Virus record (IMG/VR): IMGVR_UViG_2698536372_000033
Reading direction: 5' to 3' (one strand)
From: a virus
Taxonomy: Duplodnaviria; Heunggongvirae; Uroviricota; Caudoviricetes
Length of the DNA: 41,555 nucleotides
Shown here: positions 8,863 to 18,085 of the stretch, piece by piece
Layout of the letters: every line of letters begins with the position of its first letter
Position numbering within the stretch: the stretch's first letter is position 1
Position numbers and translations under genes: made by a program
The notes under the pieces: model-generated
The model's input: the letters and a program-made list of their open reading frames with translations, nothing else
Told to the model about the DNA's origin: nothing
Databases searched by the model: none

Positions 8863-9174
8863 ATGACGACTCCAACCAGACGGATAAGTTTCTATCTGAA
8901 GCCCACCGCCGTCAAGAACGAAGGAGAAGCATGCGCCTGGCTGGACAGCCTTACACCAGAAGCCCGCAAAAGCGGCCAACGCGTGGCTTTTCTGGCCGGG
9001 CTGGCACTTCTGAAAATGAATCCGGCAGAGGCTTATCGACTGGCTGCATGGGCTGGTGATGAAGCGTTATCAGTGACACAAACCAGGACAGAACGCCCCG
9101 CATCACAGCCAGTATCAACCGCACAGATAACCAGTCAGATGGCCGGAAATATCCGGGCGTTATTTCCTGAATAA
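8863..9174 (+). CDS. parR: ParR-like adaptor/centromere-binding protein
   Basis: ATG at 8863, 7 nt after AGGAG and 4 nt after parM stop; 103 aa; RRISFYLKP...LDSLTPEARKS...AFLAGLALLK parallels R1 ParR N-terminus (RRTIAFKLNP...DSIPQGERS...AALTAGLALY); ORF-track start 8728 is too far upstream. Confidence 0.6.
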   Translation: MTTPTRRISFYLKPTAVKNEGEACAWLDSLTPEARKSGQRVAFLAGLALLKMNPAEAYRLAAWAGDEALSVTQTRTERPASQPVSTAQITSQMAGNIRALFPE

Positions 9175-9192
9175 CACAACATCAGGGCGAGT

Positions 9193-9210
9193 TCGCCCTG
9201 CTCTCCACCT
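9193..9210. repeat. Hairpin CAGGGCGA..TCGCCCTG, left copy of a pair flanking gene 9238-9828
   Basis: Inverted repeat read directly; same stem sequence recurs at 9841-9866. Confidence 0.5.
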
Positions 9211-9237
9211 CAGAACATAAACAAGGAGAACGACTTA

Positions 9238-9828
9238 ATGAGCGAAATCAACTATCAGGCATTACGTGAACGTTATTCACCTGTGCCAGTACCGAAATGC
9301 CCTATTTGCGGCGAGGAAATGTCAATTCAGCGAATATCTGGAGCACAGGTTGTTTATGCCTGCTCCGGTTATGGTGATGATGGAGATTTCAAAATTGGCC
9401 GAACTCTTGCCGACGAACATTATGAAAAATCACGCGTAACAGTGTTGGATGTCGGGGATCCTGAAGTATTGGCGCTACTTGATTGGCTGGAAACCAAAGA
9501 CAACCGAATCGCTGAACTGGAAAAAATCGCCACTGACTATGCACTTAAATTCCAGAAAGCACAGGACGCATTAAAGTATGCCGCTTTGCTGCATAGCAGG
9601 ACGGCGCAACAAACAAATAATTTTGCAGTATCGCTTCCGGACATAAGCGAATATTTCATTAATGACGTATTTCAGCCCTTGCGATACGAGCGGGATGTTG
9701 AAAGAGCCATCATAAAGGCTGGCGGAAAAGCATTGTGGCAGGAGAAACACGAGGACAGAACGCATCAGTCCTGCGATGTAAATCGTGGATGGTTTAGCCC
9801 ACTGACGACAGATAAAAATAACACCTGA
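9238..9828 (+). CDS. Hypothetical protein with N-terminal Cys-rich (zinc-ribbon-like) segment and coiled-coil
   Basis: 196 aa; CPICGEE...YACSG; RBS AAGGAGA upstream; flanked by similar hairpins. Confidence 0.55.
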   Translation: MSEINYQALRERYSPVPVPKCPICGEEMSIQRISGAQVVYACSGYGDDGDFKIGRTLADEHYEKSRVTVLDVGDPEVLALLDWLETKDNRIAELEKIATDYALKFQKAQDALKYAALLHSRTAQQTNNFAVSLPDISEYFINDVFQPLRYERDVERAIIKAGGKALWQEKHEDRTHQSCDVNRGWFSPLTTDKNNT

Positions 9829-9840
9829 TCCCCCTCAAAC

Positions 9841-9866
9841 CAGGGCGATAATCGCGCATCGCCCTG
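9841..9866. repeat. Hairpin CAGGGCGAT-N8-ATCGCCCTG, right copy flanking gene 9238-9828
   Basis: Inverted repeat read directly; stem matches 9193-9210. Confidence 0.5.
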
Positions 9867-10266
9867 CTGCACAATAGTGCACAAGTTTGCACAATTTTTT
9901 TGAACGACTTTTTACCCTTCCGGCCCGCATGGCGGCTGGATCCGTCAAGGATCCGTGCGTGCACAAAAAAACGCGCTTTTTCTGCGCGCAGGTGACGGGG
10001 GAACAGCCCGCGTTTCAGGGGGTAAATAGCATCCCCTGAACGATGTCGCAGCGACACAACAGAATGGCTGTATTTCTCACGCTGAGCGTGAAAAAGACGT
10101 GAGGGCTTTTGATTTGATGGGTGGCAGATAAGGCCGTCAAAATCGCACTGAGGCGGCGAGAACATGCAGTCAACGCGGTGGGATTGCGTAAGAGTCTGAC
10201 CGCCGATGATGACAATAAGCAGAAAAGCGTCGTGAAATTATCTGATTGATACAGGAGCTGGAGAGT

Positions 10267-10291
10267 CGGGGCATAAATTTTTTATGCCCCG
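10267..10291 (-). terminator. Stem-loop downstream of portal gene (possible terminator; putative cos region lies in 9867-10317 by synteny)
   Basis: CGGGGCATAAA-TTT-TTTATGCCCCG perfect inverted repeat 27 bp after Q stop on the minus strand. Confidence 0.4.
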
Positions 10292-10317
10292 GCGAAGCAG
10301 CAGACAAGCGAAGCGCG

Positions 10318-11364
10318 TCAGGATGTGGGCTGGGTATCTAGCAGTGCGTAAGGGTTAAAGCGGATCACCTCTTCGCCAAGCCAGTCATTGATGTGCTTCA
10401 TGGCCTCCATAACGGGCATCAGCTCGTTAATTGCGTAAACCCGCGCGGCCTTCTCCACATCACCAAACGCACTTTTTTCGCCCGGCATCGCCCCCATCAG
10501 TTGCGGCGGAACGCGGTGCGCAGCCAGCACATCATCACGGGATGCCGCCTTAACATTCATGAACTCATCCTTTGCAGTGATCTGCTGGAACGGCAAAATT
10601 TGCACACCTTCTTTGCCCCCGTTGGGCGCATGGATGAGTACGTTTTTAAACGCACCACCACCACGCGCGCCCTGTAACGTTTCTTTCAGGGAGTCCATGC
10701 TTTCGCGGTTTACCTGCGCTGCACCGATGTAGATGATGCACCCGGCGTGGGATCCGTTGTCGTAGTACAGTTTTCTGAACATGTCCGCCGAATGAGAAAG
10801 GCTGGCCGAGAGTAATGCGCCAAGATATTCCGGCATGCCGTAGATTTCCTGGTTAATATCCGGATTCATCAGGTGGCACACTTTGCCAGGGCGAAACTGG
10901 AACGCGTCCTTGCCATCCTGCACATACCACCATGATTCAAGATCGCTTCCGCGTCGCATGTATTTCGCCAGGGCGTGCCGTAATTTAAGCGGTTCGCCGA
11001 GCATATTACTTCTAAGCTCAAGGAATGCGTTACCGAACACAAACCAGTCCAGCGCCAGCGCCGAGAAATCCTGCCGGGAAAGCAGCGGGTGCGGGATGTA
11101 GCAACCGAGTAATACATTGCGCTTAAAGTAAAGCGCAGACTGATGCCAGGACGTTTGCCGGGCTGCTCTTGCCAGACCGTACCAGTCCACCGGGGTTTCA
11201 TACCACCGTCCGTTATCAGCACAGTACATATTGTCCAGCAGGTCATGCCCGGTCAGGCGATAAGGACCATCAAATGTGAATGCACTGAGCGATGATTCTT
11301 TCCTGAGCGCATCAGCGAGATCAATGCGTGAACTCATGCGCACTTTTTTATTTTTTCTGCTCAT
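10318..11364 (-). CDS. Q: Portal protein (P2 gpQ-like)
   Basis: 348 aa (P2 Q about 344 aa); immediately downstream of and overlapping the large terminase on the same strand, divergent from the scaffold/capsid operon, exactly as in P2. Confidence 0.85.
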   Translation of the reverse strand: MSRKNKKVRMSSRIDLADALRKESSLSAFTFDGPYRLTGHDLLDNMYCADNGRWYETPVDWYGLARAARQTSWHQSALYFKRNVLLGCYIPHPLLSRQDFSALALDWFVFGNAFLELRSNMLGEPLKLRHALAKYMRRGSDLESWWYVQDGKDAFQFRPGKVCHLMNPDINQEIYGMPEYLGALLSASLSHSADMFRKLYYDNGSHAGCIIYIGAAQVNRESMDSLKETLQGARGGGAFKNVLIHAPNGGKEGVQILPFQQITAKDEFMNVKAASRDDVLAAHRVPPQLMGAMPGEKSAFGDVEKAARVYAINELMPVMEAMKHINDWLGEEVIRFNPYALLDTQPTS

Positions 11365-13115
11365 CAGAACTCCATAACCGTGAAACGCTCGTTTTCTCCT
11401 TCGCCGCCAATCGGTTCGTTAATGACAGCAAGCATGGTTGCCCACGCAAGGTCGCCGTGGCTGATCCCCCTCGCGCGGTCCGTTTCGTAAGTGATAAAGC
11501 CGCCCGGTGTTTTCACCTTACGCACGGCGTTAAAGGCCGCGACCAGCTCGCGTTCGGCGCGATCGTATTCCCACCGCCCGGCACGCATTATTTGCAGCAT
11601 TTTCAGTACCAGCGACCGTTTTGATGACAGCGTGAAGGTGTACGGAATAGCAGCAGGGAAAAACCGTTTCACTATCTGATAAACAGCCTCCCCGTTCCCG
11701 CCCGTCACATCAATGCCGATGTGTTCCACGTTGTAGCGATACGTGAACTCTTCAATGACTCTGGCCTGTTCTTCAAACTCCAGCCCCTGAACGCGTCGCG
11801 TCTCCACCGTTCGAAAACGGCCACCAGGAACAGCCGGAGGAACCACCACGGACACAGCGCCGCTGTCGCCGTTGCCACTACTGCCGTTTGCGTCATACCC
11901 AATCCATACCGGACGATTCCCCATCGGGCGGGGAGCAAAAGGTTTCCAGTCTTTCCAGTCGTCGTATCCGTCAACACCGCAGCCAATCAGGATATTCAGG
12001 TTAAATGCCGATTCCCCTTCGCGGACAAACTCACACATATAGAGATTGAGGAACTCGTCTTCGGTGTTTTCATCACGAATTTCGTCGATATCGGTGTGTT
12101 TCCAGCCGTGATTGACCACATCTTCCAGCGTGACAATTTGCCGCCACGTCCGGTCAGGGCAGATAAGCCCGTTATGCAGCGTTTTCCAGTCCACAGAAAA
12201 ACGCTGGCGTTTATGCGTGGCCTTTTTCTCGTTCCAGCGGTCGCCGTTCCAGTAGGCGTATGCCTCGTGCGTTTCGGTGGATGGCGTGGAGAAGTAGGTG
12301 CGCCGCAGTCCGCTGAGGGTTGCCATAGCGCCAGCCACCTTGCGCAGTTCAGCAAAGCGACTGACCCAGAAAAATTCATCAAAATAAAAATTGCCCGTAT
12401 AGGACTGTGCCGACGCAGCAGAAGTGCCGAGAAAATGCAGCTCTGCGCCGTTGGAGAGGATGATTTTATCGCCCCCTTTCAGCTCCACATCAACTTCAGC
12501 CGCGGCCTTCTGAATAATGCTTTTAAACTGGAACGCCTGACGACGCGACGCAGACAAAAAAATCTGGTTACGCTGGTAAGGTTGCGCCACATCGTCACGC
12601 AGCGCCATCAGCAGAGCTTCCTGTGCAAAATACCAGGTCGCCCCAATCTGTCGGGATTTCAGGATCATCCTGTTACGTATCCCGGCTTCCCTGCAAAGGG
12701 TCAGGGAGTCAAACCAGCCCCGCTGATGCCACTCCAGCCTGCTGATGATTTTTTCCCGCAGTGCGGCAATCTGTTCCGGCGTGAAATGATTTTTGAGTTT
12801 TTTCGCCCGGCCTTTCTTTCCTGTGACCGTCGCATCCGGCTGGCCATCATGCAGTTTTTTAAGCTGCCGGGTCAGCAGGTCTATTTCCTTAAAGTCACCG
12901 CCTGTTTTATTCTGTTTTTCAGTAAGCTGGATGAGGCGCGCATCGATGGACTGCGTGACACGCTGCACGGGTGGCGTTTCATCCCACTGGTCGCGTTTTT
13001 TCCACGCATAAATCGTGTTCGGGTTTATTCCCATCAGACGTGATATTTCTGCGGGCGGATAACCCTGCCAGTAAAGTTGCCGCGCACGCTGGCGCACAAA
13101 AGCGTCCTGAATCAT
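11364..13115 (-). CDS. P: Terminase large (ATPase) subunit (P2 gpP-like)
   Basis: 583 aa (P2 P about 590 aa); N-terminal HTH-like segment LYWQGYPPAEISRLMGINPNTIYAWKKR; synteny. Confidence 0.85.
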   Translation of the reverse strand: MIQDAFVRQRARQLYWQGYPPAEISRLMGINPNTIYAWKKRDQWDETPPVQRVTQSIDARLIQLTEKQNKTGGDFKEIDLLTRQLKKLHDGQPDATVTGKKGRAKKLKNHFTPEQIAALREKIISRLEWHQRGWFDSLTLCREAGIRNRMILKSRQIGATWYFAQEALLMALRDDVAQPYQRNQIFLSASRRQAFQFKSIIQKAAAEVDVELKGGDKIILSNGAELHFLGTSAASAQSYTGNFYFDEFFWVSRFAELRKVAGAMATLSGLRRTYFSTPSTETHEAYAYWNGDRWNEKKATHKRQRFSVDWKTLHNGLICPDRTWRQIVTLEDVVNHGWKHTDIDEIRDENTEDEFLNLYMCEFVREGESAFNLNILIGCGVDGYDDWKDWKPFAPRPMGNRPVWIGYDANGSSGNGDSGAVSVVVPPAVPGGRFRTVETRRVQGLEFEEQARVIEEFTYRYNVEHIGIDVTGGNGEAVYQIVKRFFPAAIPYTFTLSSKRSLVLKMLQIMRAGRWEYDRAERELVAAFNAVRKVKTPGGFITYETDRARGISHGDLAWATMLAVINEPIGGEGENERFTVMEF

Positions 13116-13269
13116 TGCTCCCCCTGAGTAATTACAGGAAGATTACCCGCGCGCGAAACTGTTCTCCTTAACCCCCTGTTCTGGCCGTTTTCTTACAACA
13201 AAATCCCTTTGTATCAGCCTGTTACGCTTTGCCATCATGACTGAAGAACCAGTCAGAGGGGCAAAAACT
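13116..13269. promoter_or_regulatory. Divergent late promoter region (P2 P_P / P_O equivalent)
   Basis: Intergenic between divergently transcribed terminase and scaffold genes; assignment by synteny only, Ogr-box dyad not confidently identified. Confidence 0.4.
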
Positions 13270-14106
13270 ATGGCTAATGAAAAAAAGACATCCCGCAAAA
13301 AGTTTCGCGTGGCTGTCTCCGGATCAACTGTTGATGGCCGCGAAATCAGCCCGGTACATCTGCGTGAAGCCGCCGAGAACTTCAACCCGGATGTTTACGC
13401 TGCCCGCGTGAACGTTGAGCACTATCTCTCGCCATGCCCGTCAAGCGAATTTTCCGCAATGGGCGATGTCACCGCGCTGAGTACGGAAGATATTACGGAA
13501 GGCCCGCTGGCCGGACGTACTGCGCTGTATGCAGAAATCGAACCGACCGAGCGCATGAAGCAGCTTATCGCTGACGGCAAGAAAATCTATTCCAGTATCG
13601 AACTGCACCCGCAGTTCTCCGTTAACGGGCGTGCCTATCTGGTCGGGCTGGCGATGACCGACACCCCGGCAAGCCTGGGCACTGAGCGCCTGAAATTCAC
13701 GGCACAGCAGCGTCAGGCGGTGATGACGTTCAACAGTATCCAGGGTGAAGCACCGCTTATCTCCGAAGCCATCGAGTCTGAAATCATCGAAATGGCAGAA
13801 CAACGCCAGGAAGAAGGCACCCAGTGGTTTAACCGCGTAATGGGGATTATTGGTCGTGGCCGCAAAGCGGATGACGCCAGTTTCTCCCGTATTCAGGAAG
13901 CGGTGGAAGGCGTTGCAACATCACAGGTCGACATTATCGACCGTTTTAATGTGCTGGAAACCCGCCATCAGCAGGACCGCCAGAAAATCACGTCACTGAC
14001 CACAGAGCTGACAGCACTGAAGGAAAAACTGCGCACGCAGGACGGCGATCCGCAGAACCGCTTCACCGCAACGGGCGCAGCCTCCGACCAGCTGGCTGAC
14101 TTCTGA
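13270..14106 (+). CDS. O: Capsid scaffolding protein (P2 gpO-like)
   Basis: From ATG 13270 (MANEKK..., GAGGGG RBS); FRVAVSG..DGREISPVHLREAAENFNP..VNVEHY...YLVGLAMTDTPASLGTERLKF aligns with recalled P2 gpO (FRIGVEG..DGRVISAQDIQEMAETFDP..INLEHL...YLVGLAVTDDPASLGTEYLEF). Confidence 0.9.
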   Translation: MANEKKTSRKKFRVAVSGSTVDGREISPVHLREAAENFNPDVYAARVNVEHYLSPCPSSEFSAMGDVTALSTEDITEGPLAGRTALYAEIEPTERMKQLIADGKKIYSSIELHPQFSVNGRAYLVGLAMTDTPASLGTERLKFTAQQRQAVMTFNSIQGEAPLISEAIESEIIEMAEQRQEEGTQWFNRVMGIIGRGRKADDASFSRIQEAVEGVATSQVDIIDRFNVLETRHQQDRQKITSLTTELTALKEKLRTQDGDPQNRFTATGAASDQLADF

Positions 14107-14129
14107 TAAGACAAAGGAGCAAATTTTTT

Positions 14130-15182
14130 ATGAATCTGGTGATGTCAGATATTACCCGCAACAAGCTGGGTTGCTATATGGCGCAGCAGGCGTCGCTTAA
14201 CAATATCCCGGTATCTGCACTGGTATCGCGATTTACCGTGGAACCCGCGGTGCAGCAGCGTTTTGAAAACGCCTCAAAGGAAAGTACCGAATTTACGAAA
14301 AGAATTAACGTGATCGGCGTGACCGACCAGAAAGGCGAAAAAATCCTCCCGGACACCACCGGGCCAATTGCGCGCACGAATAGCAGTTATGACGGCATCA
14401 AACGCCGTAACCCGAATAACGTGATCGATATGAAGTCTCGTCAGTACCAGTGCGAACAGGTGAACTACGATACCTTTATTTCGTACCCACAGCTTGATAC
14501 CTGGGCGGCCCACAGCGATTTTCAGTCCCGTATCAGTACACAGATCGCCCGGCAGGTAGCGCTTGATCGCATCATGATTGGCTTTAACGGCACATCCCAC
14601 GCCTACGAGTCTGATTTTCACACCAACAAGCTGCTTCAGGACGTTAACGTGGGCTGGCTGGAGCACATCAGAACCGATGCCAGCGAGCGCGTAATGAATG
14701 ACGTGACGCTGACCTCCCGCAACATGGACAACACTGTGGCGCACGCGGGTAAGTATGCGAATGCCGATGCTCTGGTACAGGATGCGCGCTCATCCCTGCT
14801 GGATGAATGGCACAAGGAAGCTGACGACCTCGTGGTGATTATGGGGCGCAACCTGTTTAACTCGCTGCGTCTGCCCGTGCTGAACAGCATCAGCGGCCAG
14901 AATCCCAATGCGGAATTACTTGCCGGGCAGCTCATCCTGTCATCGCGCACCATTGGCGGGCTGGGCGTGTTCCTTGCGCCGTTCTTCCCGGATGCAACGA
15001 TGCTTATCACCTCGTTCAACAACCTGTCGATTTACTGGCAGAAAGGTTCAATGCGTCGTCTGATGAAAGACGAGCCGGAATACAACCGCATCGCCACCTA
15101 CCAGTCCATCAATGACGCTTATGTCGTTGAAGACTATGGCAAGTGCGCGATGGTCACTGGCCTGAAGTTCGCCGACAGCTAA
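14130..15182 (+). CDS. N: Major capsid protein (P2 gpN-like)
   Basis: 350 aa (P2 N 357 aa); follows scaffold gene; synteny. Confidence 0.85.
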   Translation: MNLVMSDITRNKLGCYMAQQASLNNIPVSALVSRFTVEPAVQQRFENASKESTEFTKRINVIGVTDQKGEKILPDTTGPIARTNSSYDGIKRRNPNNVIDMKSRQYQCEQVNYDTFISYPQLDTWAAHSDFQSRISTQIARQVALDRIMIGFNGTSHAYESDFHTNKLLQDVNVGWLEHIRTDASERVMNDVTLTSRNMDNTVAHAGKYANADALVQDARSSLLDEWHKEADDLVVIMGRNLFNSLRLPVLNSISGQNPNAELLAGQLILSSRTIGGLGVFLAPFFPDATMLITSFNNLSIYWQKGSMRRLMKDEPEYNRIATYQSINDAYVVEDYGKCAMVTGLKFADS

Positions 15183-15191
15183 TCAACTCAC

Positions 15192-15210
15192 GGCGGGCAT
15201 CATGCCCGCC
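15192..15210. other. Perfect palindrome GGCGGGCAT-C-ATGCCCGCC between capsid and small terminase genes
   Basis: Read directly; no following T-run, so a protein-binding site or weak attenuator rather than a clear terminator. Confidence 0.4.
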
Positions 15211-15227
15211 TGTAACGGAGAGAAAAA

Positions 15228-16028
15228 ATGATTACTCCTGCACAACAACACTGGCAGAACGTGATGGCACAGCGCGCAGGCCGGGCGAATGAAGGTGTGG
15301 ACCACGCCGCGTGTACCGCGCATGAAGAAGTGCTGTATCGTCTGCGTCTGGCACAGGCCAGGCTAAAGGCCATACAGGCCAGAAGCGCGAAAGCCGCCAT
15401 CAAAAAAGAGTTGTTGCCGGACTTTTCCGGCTGGATTGAGGGAACGCTGGAGGCTGACGGCGGGCAACAGGACGAAGTAATTGCCACGCTGATGGTGTGG
15501 GCGATTGACTGCGGCGATCTTCCGCTGGCGCTGCGTATTGGTGCATATGTGGTCCGTCACAACCTCATCATGCCGGATAACTTTGGCCGTACTGCTGCCA
15601 CGGTACTGACCGAAGAAATCTGCAACCCGGTACTGACGCAGGCTGGGACGGATGCCGACGCGGATTTATCCGCCTTTATCGAACCACTGGACACACTTTG
15701 GGAAATTGTCGCCAACCAGGACATTCCGGACGAAGTGCGCGCCAAATTATGCAAGGCGTGTGCCTTTGCCCGTCGTGGCCTGACCGATGCAGACAACATG
15801 GCCTCATCACTGAAGCTGCTGCGCGAAGCGATGCACCTGAACCCGAACGCAGGTGTGAAACGCGAGATTGCAACCCTTTCCCGCGCCCTGAAAAAAGCCG
15901 ATTCCGCAGCCGAACCAGAAGACGCCAGCGCACAGCAGGCGCAGGACGAAAGCAGCAAAAATAAAAAGACAACGCGGAAGCCTGCAACACGAAAAACCAC
16001 CGCGACGCAGAAGGCAAAGCGCGGTTAA
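15228..16028 (+). CDS. M: Terminase small/endonuclease subunit (P2 gpM-like)
   Basis: 266 aa (P2 M about 247 aa); position after capsid gene; basic C-terminal tail. Confidence 0.8.
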   Translation: MITPAQQHWQNVMAQRAGRANEGVDHAACTAHEEVLYRLRLAQARLKAIQARSAKAAIKKELLPDFSGWIEGTLEADGGQQDEVIATLMVWAIDCGDLPLALRIGAYVVRHNLIMPDNFGRTAATVLTEEICNPVLTQAGTDADADLSAFIEPLDTLWEIVANQDIPDEVRAKLCKACAFARRGLTDADNMASSLKLLREAMHLNPNAGVKREIATLSRALKKADSAAEPEDASAQQAQDESSKNKKTTRKPATRKTTATQKAKRG

Positions 16029-16044
16029 CGACTGACCCCGTCAG

Positions 16045-16115
16045 CGGGCGGCGTGCGCGGTGTTCCGGTTTGACTCCGTGACCGTTTACACCGCGCACCC
16101 ACCGCCCGATTTTTT
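16045..16115 (+). terminator. GC-rich long-range stem followed by T6 run between M and L (terminator/attenuator-like)
   Basis: GGGCGGCGTGCGCGGTG (16045-16061) pairs with CACCGCGCACCCACCGCCC (16088-16106), then GATTTTTTC. Confidence 0.35.
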
Positions 16116-16120
16116 CAGGA

Positions 16121-16624
16121 GTGAACCCCATGAGTATGGTTGCCAGAACTAACCCCGGCCCCGCAGAGGACGACATCACCGATACCGATGATGGCGACAC
16201 TCGCATTTCAGCGGGTGCATTCTGGCCGGATATTGTGCTGCGTGAGCTGCGTCTGGCGGTACGACTGCCGGGCCGCGTGACCACCTCCCGCCTGCTGCAT
16301 ACCGCCACCGGGGCCATAGCACACGTTACCCGCGAGCTGGAAGCATGGCAGCAGGAACAACAGGCGGCTGGCTATCAGACGCTGGCCGATGTTCCGGCCC
16401 CTGTAATTAACGGAGAAAGCGTCAATCTCTGGCACTGGCGCAATGCTGTTTATACCGCCACACGCGCCCTGATTCTGGAGCGTTACCGCGATGCGGACAC
16501 AACGGACAAGGGCGACCGCCGGGCGGACGCACTGGATATACAGACATCGGATTTGTGGCGCGATGTGAGCTGGGCCATCTCTGACATTCTGGGACGACCG
16601 CGAATGTTTGCGGAGCTGTGCTGA
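16121..16624 (+). CDS. L: Head completion/stabilisation protein (P2 gpL-like)
   Basis: 167 aa (P2 L 169 aa); synteny. Confidence 0.8.
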   Translation: MNPMSMVARTNPGPAEDDITDTDDGDTRISAGAFWPDIVLRELRLAVRLPGRVTTSRLLHTATGAIAHVTRELEAWQQEQQAAGYQTLADVPAPVINGESVNLWHWRNAVYTATRALILERYRDADTTDKGDRRADALDIQTSDLWRDVSWAISDILGRPRMFAELC

Positions 16625-16824
16625 TGAAAGTGAAGGCACTGGAAGGCGACACCGTGGATTCGCTCTGTTTCCGGTACTACGGCACGACACGGGGCGTCAC
16701 CGAAAAGGTGCTGGATGCCAACCCCGGACTCTGTCAGCAGGTATTTCTGGACGCCGGGCAGGAAGTGGAGATGCCGGAGCCGGAGAAGAAGAAACGAGAA
16801 ATGATTCAGTTGTGGGGGGAGTAG
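16618..16824 (+). CDS. X: Tail protein X (P2 gpX-like, LysM-like)
   Basis: 68 aa (P2 X 67 aa); overlaps L stop; precedes holin. Confidence 0.8.
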   Translation: MLMKVKALEGDTVDSLCFRYYGTTRGVTEKVLDANPGLCQQVFLDAGQEVEMPEPEKKKREMIQLWGE

Positions 16825-16826
16825 CA

Positions 16827-17150
16827 GTGAGCACCATTCAAACAGGGATCACAGAGCAGGTTATTGCGTGGCTCTTTGACCACCTGCCAACGGTGTATGC
16901 AGTAGGCGCGGCTGTCAGCATTTCCGCGCTGATGAGTCTTTATGACGGACGAACACTGGTTCAGACCGTAACGGGATCGCTGGCGTGCGGCGTTCTTGCC
17001 ATGGCCGTGGCCGGGTCGCTGCGCTTCTTCGGGATCCCTGAGGATGCAGTGACGTTTTTTGGTGCCTCAATCGGTTTTATGGGCGCAGAGAAAGCACGCG
17101 ACAAGGTTATTGCAATATTTGATCGCAGGGTGAAGGAGAGGAACGAATGA
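16827..17150 (+). CDS. Holin
   Basis: GTG start 6 nt after GGGGGGA RBS; 107 aa with hydrophobic segments (AVGAAVSISALM, LACGVLAMAVAG); directly precedes endolysin. Confidence 0.65.
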   Translation: MSTIQTGITEQVIAWLFDHLPTVYAVGAAVSISALMSLYDGRTLVQTVTGSLACGVLAMAVAGSLRFFGIPEDAVTFFGASIGFMGAEKARDKVIAIFDRRVKERNE

Positions 17151-17539
17151 GCAACACATTTAAATTCAGCAGCCGAAGCGAAAAGAATTTGCAGGGTGTA
17201 AATCCTGATCTGGTGAAAGTGACCCGACGGGCGCTGGAAATCTCGGAAGTGGATTTTGGTATCACCGAAGGATTGCGCAGTCGTTATCGTCAGAAGCAGC
17301 TCGTGACCACAGGCAAGAGCCAGACCATGAACAGTCGCCATCTCACAGGGCATGCCGTGGATGTTGTGGCTTATGTTGGCAGCCAGGTGTCATGGGAATG
17401 GCCGCTGTACGAAAAAATCGCAGCAGCATTCAGACAGGCCAGCCGGGAACTGAATATTCCGGTGGAATGGGGCGGCGACTGGAAGACCCTGAAAGACGGA
17501 CCGCATTTTCAGTTACCACACGGAGCCTATCCGGCATGA
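17147..17539 (+). CDS. Endolysin, L-alanyl-D-glutamate peptidase (M15-type) rather than P2 K-type lysozyme
   Basis: 130 aa; SRHLTGHAVDV and metal-ligand-like H/D spacing typical of M15 peptidases; between holin and spanins. Confidence 0.7.
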   Translation: MSNTFKFSSRSEKNLQGVNPDLVKVTRRALEISEVDFGITEGLRSRYRQKQLVTTGKSQTMNSRHLTGHAVDVVAYVGSQVSWEWPLYEKIAAAFRQASRELNIPVEWGGDWKTLKDGPHFQLPHGAYPA

Positions 17540-17943
17540 AGCTCTGGCCCACGCTTGGCGTCGCTTTCCTTCTGATTGCCGCATGGGGAACATCCATGCG
17601 TCTGTCGTGGTCGCTGGGCCGGGAGAACGCCAGAAACGAAGCGCAGGCCAGCACCCTGAAAAGTACCGTCGACACACTGAATATCATCAGCGCCGGGGTA
17701 CAGGATATGCAGCAGGTGCTGGCTCAACTCCGCGCGGACAATCAGCAACGCAATCAGGACGGAGAGGTAAGACGTGAACAGCTACGCAACGATATTGCAA
17801 AAGATGAATGCGCCCACGCTTTGCCTGACGCTCGTTTTACTGACAGGTTGCGCAGGCACGCAGAACGCGCCACGGCCAGCGCCGTCAGTCCGGCTTATAC
17901 CGCAGACGCTGACCATGCCGGTAACGCCTCCCCCCTTCCCTGA
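17536..17943 (+). CDS. i-spanin (Rz / LysB-like)
   Basis: ATG 17536 overlaps endolysin stop; N-terminal TM LWPTLGVAFLLIAAWG then coiled-coil/charged periplasmic domain. Confidence 0.6.
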   Translation: MKLWPTLGVAFLLIAAWGTSMRLSWSLGRENARNEAQASTLKSTVDTLNIISAGVQDMQQVLAQLRADNQQRNQDGEVRREQLRNDIAKDECAHALPDARFTDRLRRHAERATASAVSPAYTADADHAGNASPLP

Positions 17944-18085
17944 CCAACCCACATGGGGAAACCTCGGAATATGGGGCGACCGCCTTCTGGATGCACTGGA
18001 AACCTGTAACGCGGATAAACGGGCCATTGCTGAACTGGATAAGAGAATAGCCGAACTGACACACCAGACGGGAGTAACACAATGA
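17804..18085 (+). CDS. o-spanin lipoprotein (Rz1 / LysC-like), partly overlapping i-spanin in another frame
   Basis: MNAPTLCLTLVLLTGCAG signal with lipobox LLTGC; proline-rich mature part. Confidence 0.55.
   Translation: MNAPTLCLTLVLLTGCAGTQNAPRPAPSVRLIPQTLTMPVTPPPFPDQPTWGNLGIWGDRLLDALETCNADKRAIAELDKRIAELTHQTGVTQ

Noticed and set aside
9238-9828. Considered whether this Cys-containing protein is the missing Ogr-like late activator
   Set aside because: Too long, and the Cys arrangement (CPIC...YAC) does not match the C-x2-C-x22-C-x4-C finger of Ogr; wrong genomic position.
11721-13043. 440-aa plus-strand ORF inside the large terminase gene
   Set aside because: Antisense shadow of the terminase; low-complexity Arg/Pro-rich translation; synteny supports the minus-strand gene.
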